Positions 61,501 through 64,000 of a stretch of DNA of 64,000 nt are shown in pieces (position 1 is the stretch's first letter; each line of letters begins with the position of its first letter). The notes beneath the pieces are model-generated. The model was not told the DNA's origin and made no database searches. It saw nothing but the letters and a program-made list of their open reading frames with translations. The DNA comes from Ascidiella aspersa. Lineage: Eukaryota. The stretch is from assembly GCA_963924565.1 (NCBI GenBank), contig OZ004612.1, forward strand, positions 23,250,001 through 23,314,000, given 5' to 3'. The translations under genes and the position numbers were made by a program.

Positions 61501-64000
61501 TCAATATGTCCCATCGTAATATTTTTATTTTTAGATTTTCTCACCCCAATGATTCCCCGAAAGTGGCATTACTCTCGAGGTTTCACTCACTCCGCTTCTT
61601 TTCTTCCTTTTCCGCTGCGTTACATCGTCACAGCGAAAGAATGAAACTCCTATTTGGTATAAATCAGGGGTGTCCAACTCAAACATGCCGGCGTGACAAT
61701 TTTTATTTTATAACTTCTTCCCGTGCCAAAGTTTCGTAACCGAACCAGTTCTTTTTAATCATAAAAGGTCTTTTTTACCAAAAATAAGAACGTTTATTTA
61801 AACTTGAAAATATATTGTGAACAAACAATGGTATATTGTGAACAAACAATGGTATATTGTGAACAAACAAATTGGCTGTATAACAATTTCTTTGTTCACA
61901 ATATACAATTGTTTGTTCACAATATACCATTGTTGGTTCACAATGTCGCGTGCCACATTTGACACGCGTGCCGCTTGTTGGACACCCCTGGTATAAATAG
62001 ACACACGTATTCAATGTCGTCAATTGGTTTGTTCGTTTGTTAATAAAAAGTTTTGCTACAATTAAATGGCGTGGCAGACTTCAAAGTTCCATGAGCATCT
62101 AATCTCAAACAACTTAAATTTGGGTAGAAAATATAAGGCTGTTATATTCTAACGGATGTTTAGAATAAAAATGGTATGAATAAATAATTAATTTTAAAAC
62201 AATTCTAGTAAACTTGAAAAAAAAATTAAAAAAACGTGTCGCTTGTTAAAAATAGTTCCGAAGCTGCTGTGCTGTAAACTTATAGTTGAAAAAACTTTGC
62301 TGGCTGCCAAAAAGTAATTCTCGTGTATTGTGTAACGTACCATTGCACAGGTTGGATATTAAACTAATTACAAATATAATTACTGTAGATGTATACAGCC
62401 GTAGGTTCATGTTCCGAAATTTGGATAGGGCCTAGAAAATATCCCAGATTTATGATATAGAGATTGAAATAAGAATTAAGGTCTGTCTATCCTTATACGA
62501 AATAATACCACGTCGATCGTGATCTTGTACATTTTTGCAGACGTAATGCAACAGAACATTGAAGAACATAGGAGGAATCTTGATGAACATAACCCTGGTG
62601 ATTACATTGATGCTTTTCTGGTAGAACAAAAAACTGGACAAAACTCAAAAGAAAGAGGATTTACTGTGAGTAGCCTAGTTTAATACCTTTTTTAGCGAGA
62701 CATCAGAATATACTACATTACTACGCGCTACTCAGAACACCATTTAAATCAATGTTACACCCTTTCAGTCCGCGACCGACTTTCAATTGTCATTTCTTCT
62801 ATTACTAAATCAGTAAACCCGTTTCATTGTAAGCTAAATTTCGCATAGCAAACAATGAAAATATATGAATAGTATGTAATAGGTTTTTGTGACTATTATT
62901 TAATGTGATTAAGCCGATTTGGATGAAATATATTTCATTAAAGCGCTTCAGTCATTTTTCCCGCTTTCAGTCATTTTTTTTCAAACACTGAACGGCAAAT
63001 TTCGTTAAAAACAGTCACTTAGGGGGGCACTTAGGTCATTTCTCTGCAAAAGCGTAGAGAAAAGAAAACTTAAATTGTTTGTCAAAATAAAACGTAAAGA
63101 GTTGCGAAAAGAATAAAATATTTTATGACTAGGTTTTGAAATACCTATATTGTATAGCGAATAACCACCTTGTTGATGGCGTGTAATGGTTGGCGCTGTG
63201 TTTAGCCTGTTGTCTATTCGCAGGATCACCAGCTGGCAATTGCCTGTCTTGATTTGTTTATTGCTGGATCCGAGACATCCAGCACAACCCTTTGCTGGTT
63301 GTTTGTATATTTCCTAAATTTTCCGAAATATCGCGAATTGATTAAAAATGAGACTCTAGAAGTGTTAGGTAAGTACTTAGGGTCAAAATCAATCATTGAG
63401 TGAATCAGTAAACCAATTAAAGATTGTTTTGTGTCATGAATCACGTAATATGCAACTAAACTGAATGAAAAAGAACAGCTGGTTCAGTGATCTCAATTGA
63501 CTGTAAGCGTGACTTTTTAGGTTTATCAGGTTTACCAACCATGGAAAAAAGAATCGACATGCCAGTGACATGTGCTTTTATCCAGGAGGTTATGAGGATT
63601 AAAACAATCGCACCTTTGGGAGTTCCTCATAAATCAACGGCGAGCATTGAAATAGACGGATACGTTATTCCGAAAGAAACAAAAGTAATAAATCAAACCT
63701 TTTCACGACAACATTTCGATAACAAACTTAGCCAAAATTCTGAACAAAAGTCTCTGCGAGTTACAAAACATAATATAATTTCCGGAAGCTGATTGTAAAC
63801 ACGACATAACATAGCCTTTTTTCGAAAAGTTGGACAGTTTTGCTGGACTGCAATTTTCCTTTGGAGTTAAGTTTACTCAATATCTCATTTAAAAATCGTT
63901 GGTTACAAGTTGTGGTACACTGAAGGGTTGTCATTCATAATTTTTTTTCAGATATATTCCAACTTGCATGGAGCACACATGGACCCGAAAACATGGCCGA
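58526..64000 (+). CDS. Cytochrome P450, clan 2 (CYP2-like), 3' end beyond the window
   Basis: join(58526..58810,58994..59139,60305..60404,60479..60588,61535..61656,62541..62665,63224..63368,63521..63684,63952..>64000); all GT-AG with consistent phases. TM anchor, PPGPRGVPILG, SGRP, FKAQR (C helix), ATANVIS..GKRYQYDDPDF, DYIDAFL, DLFIAGSETSSTT (I helix), EVMR (K helix), GYVIPKET, HMDPKTWP. The heme Cys is not in the window. Confidence 0.93.
58775..58978 (+). repeat. Tandem duplication of the CYP exon 1/intron 1 junction
   Basis: actgtcgtgttaaatacattcgattcaattaatca-gtaagta...ggattaa.attgtgtgc recurs at ~58865-58978. Confidence 0.88.
61665..61990. mobile_element. hAT MITE with internal inverted minisatellite
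   Basis: Perfect 14-bp TIR CAGGGGTGTCCAAC; perfect TSD gtataaat; 21-bp unit tatattgtgaacaaacaatgg about 3 times forward (61811-61870), then about 3 times inverted (61891-61944). Confidence 0.93.

Noticed and set aside
61811-61944. CRISPR-like short repeats (also 37196-37464)
   Set aside because: No unique spacers, eukaryotic context, and no cas genes.

Overview
AT-rich, intron-containing eukaryotic DNA. The short-collagen lectin architecture, clan-2 CYP and many CAG-terminated hAT MITEs suggest an invertebrate chordate such as an ascidian (inference only). The left ~38 kb holds the 5' half of a minus-strand type-B leucine-rich-repeat GPCR (LGR4/5/6-like). I assembled 11 exons by hand, from the signal peptide into the tenth LRR. 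Its long introns carry GC/CpG-rich patches, MITEs, short retroposons and a 124-bp insert with a minimal hammerhead ribozyme motif. The right ~26 kb is TE-dense. It contains two copies of a ~4.8-kb unit, each encoding an intact 3-exon mini-collectin (short collagen plus EPN-type C-type lectin). Between the copies lie a dead Buster/SPIN-type hAT transposon and a C-type lectin gene frameshifted by a 7-bp duplication that looks like a hAT excision footprint. A clan-2 cytochrome P450 (9 exons seen) runs off the right end. Most ORFs in the supplied track are chance or antisense shadows. All coordinates were read by eye and no searches were run.
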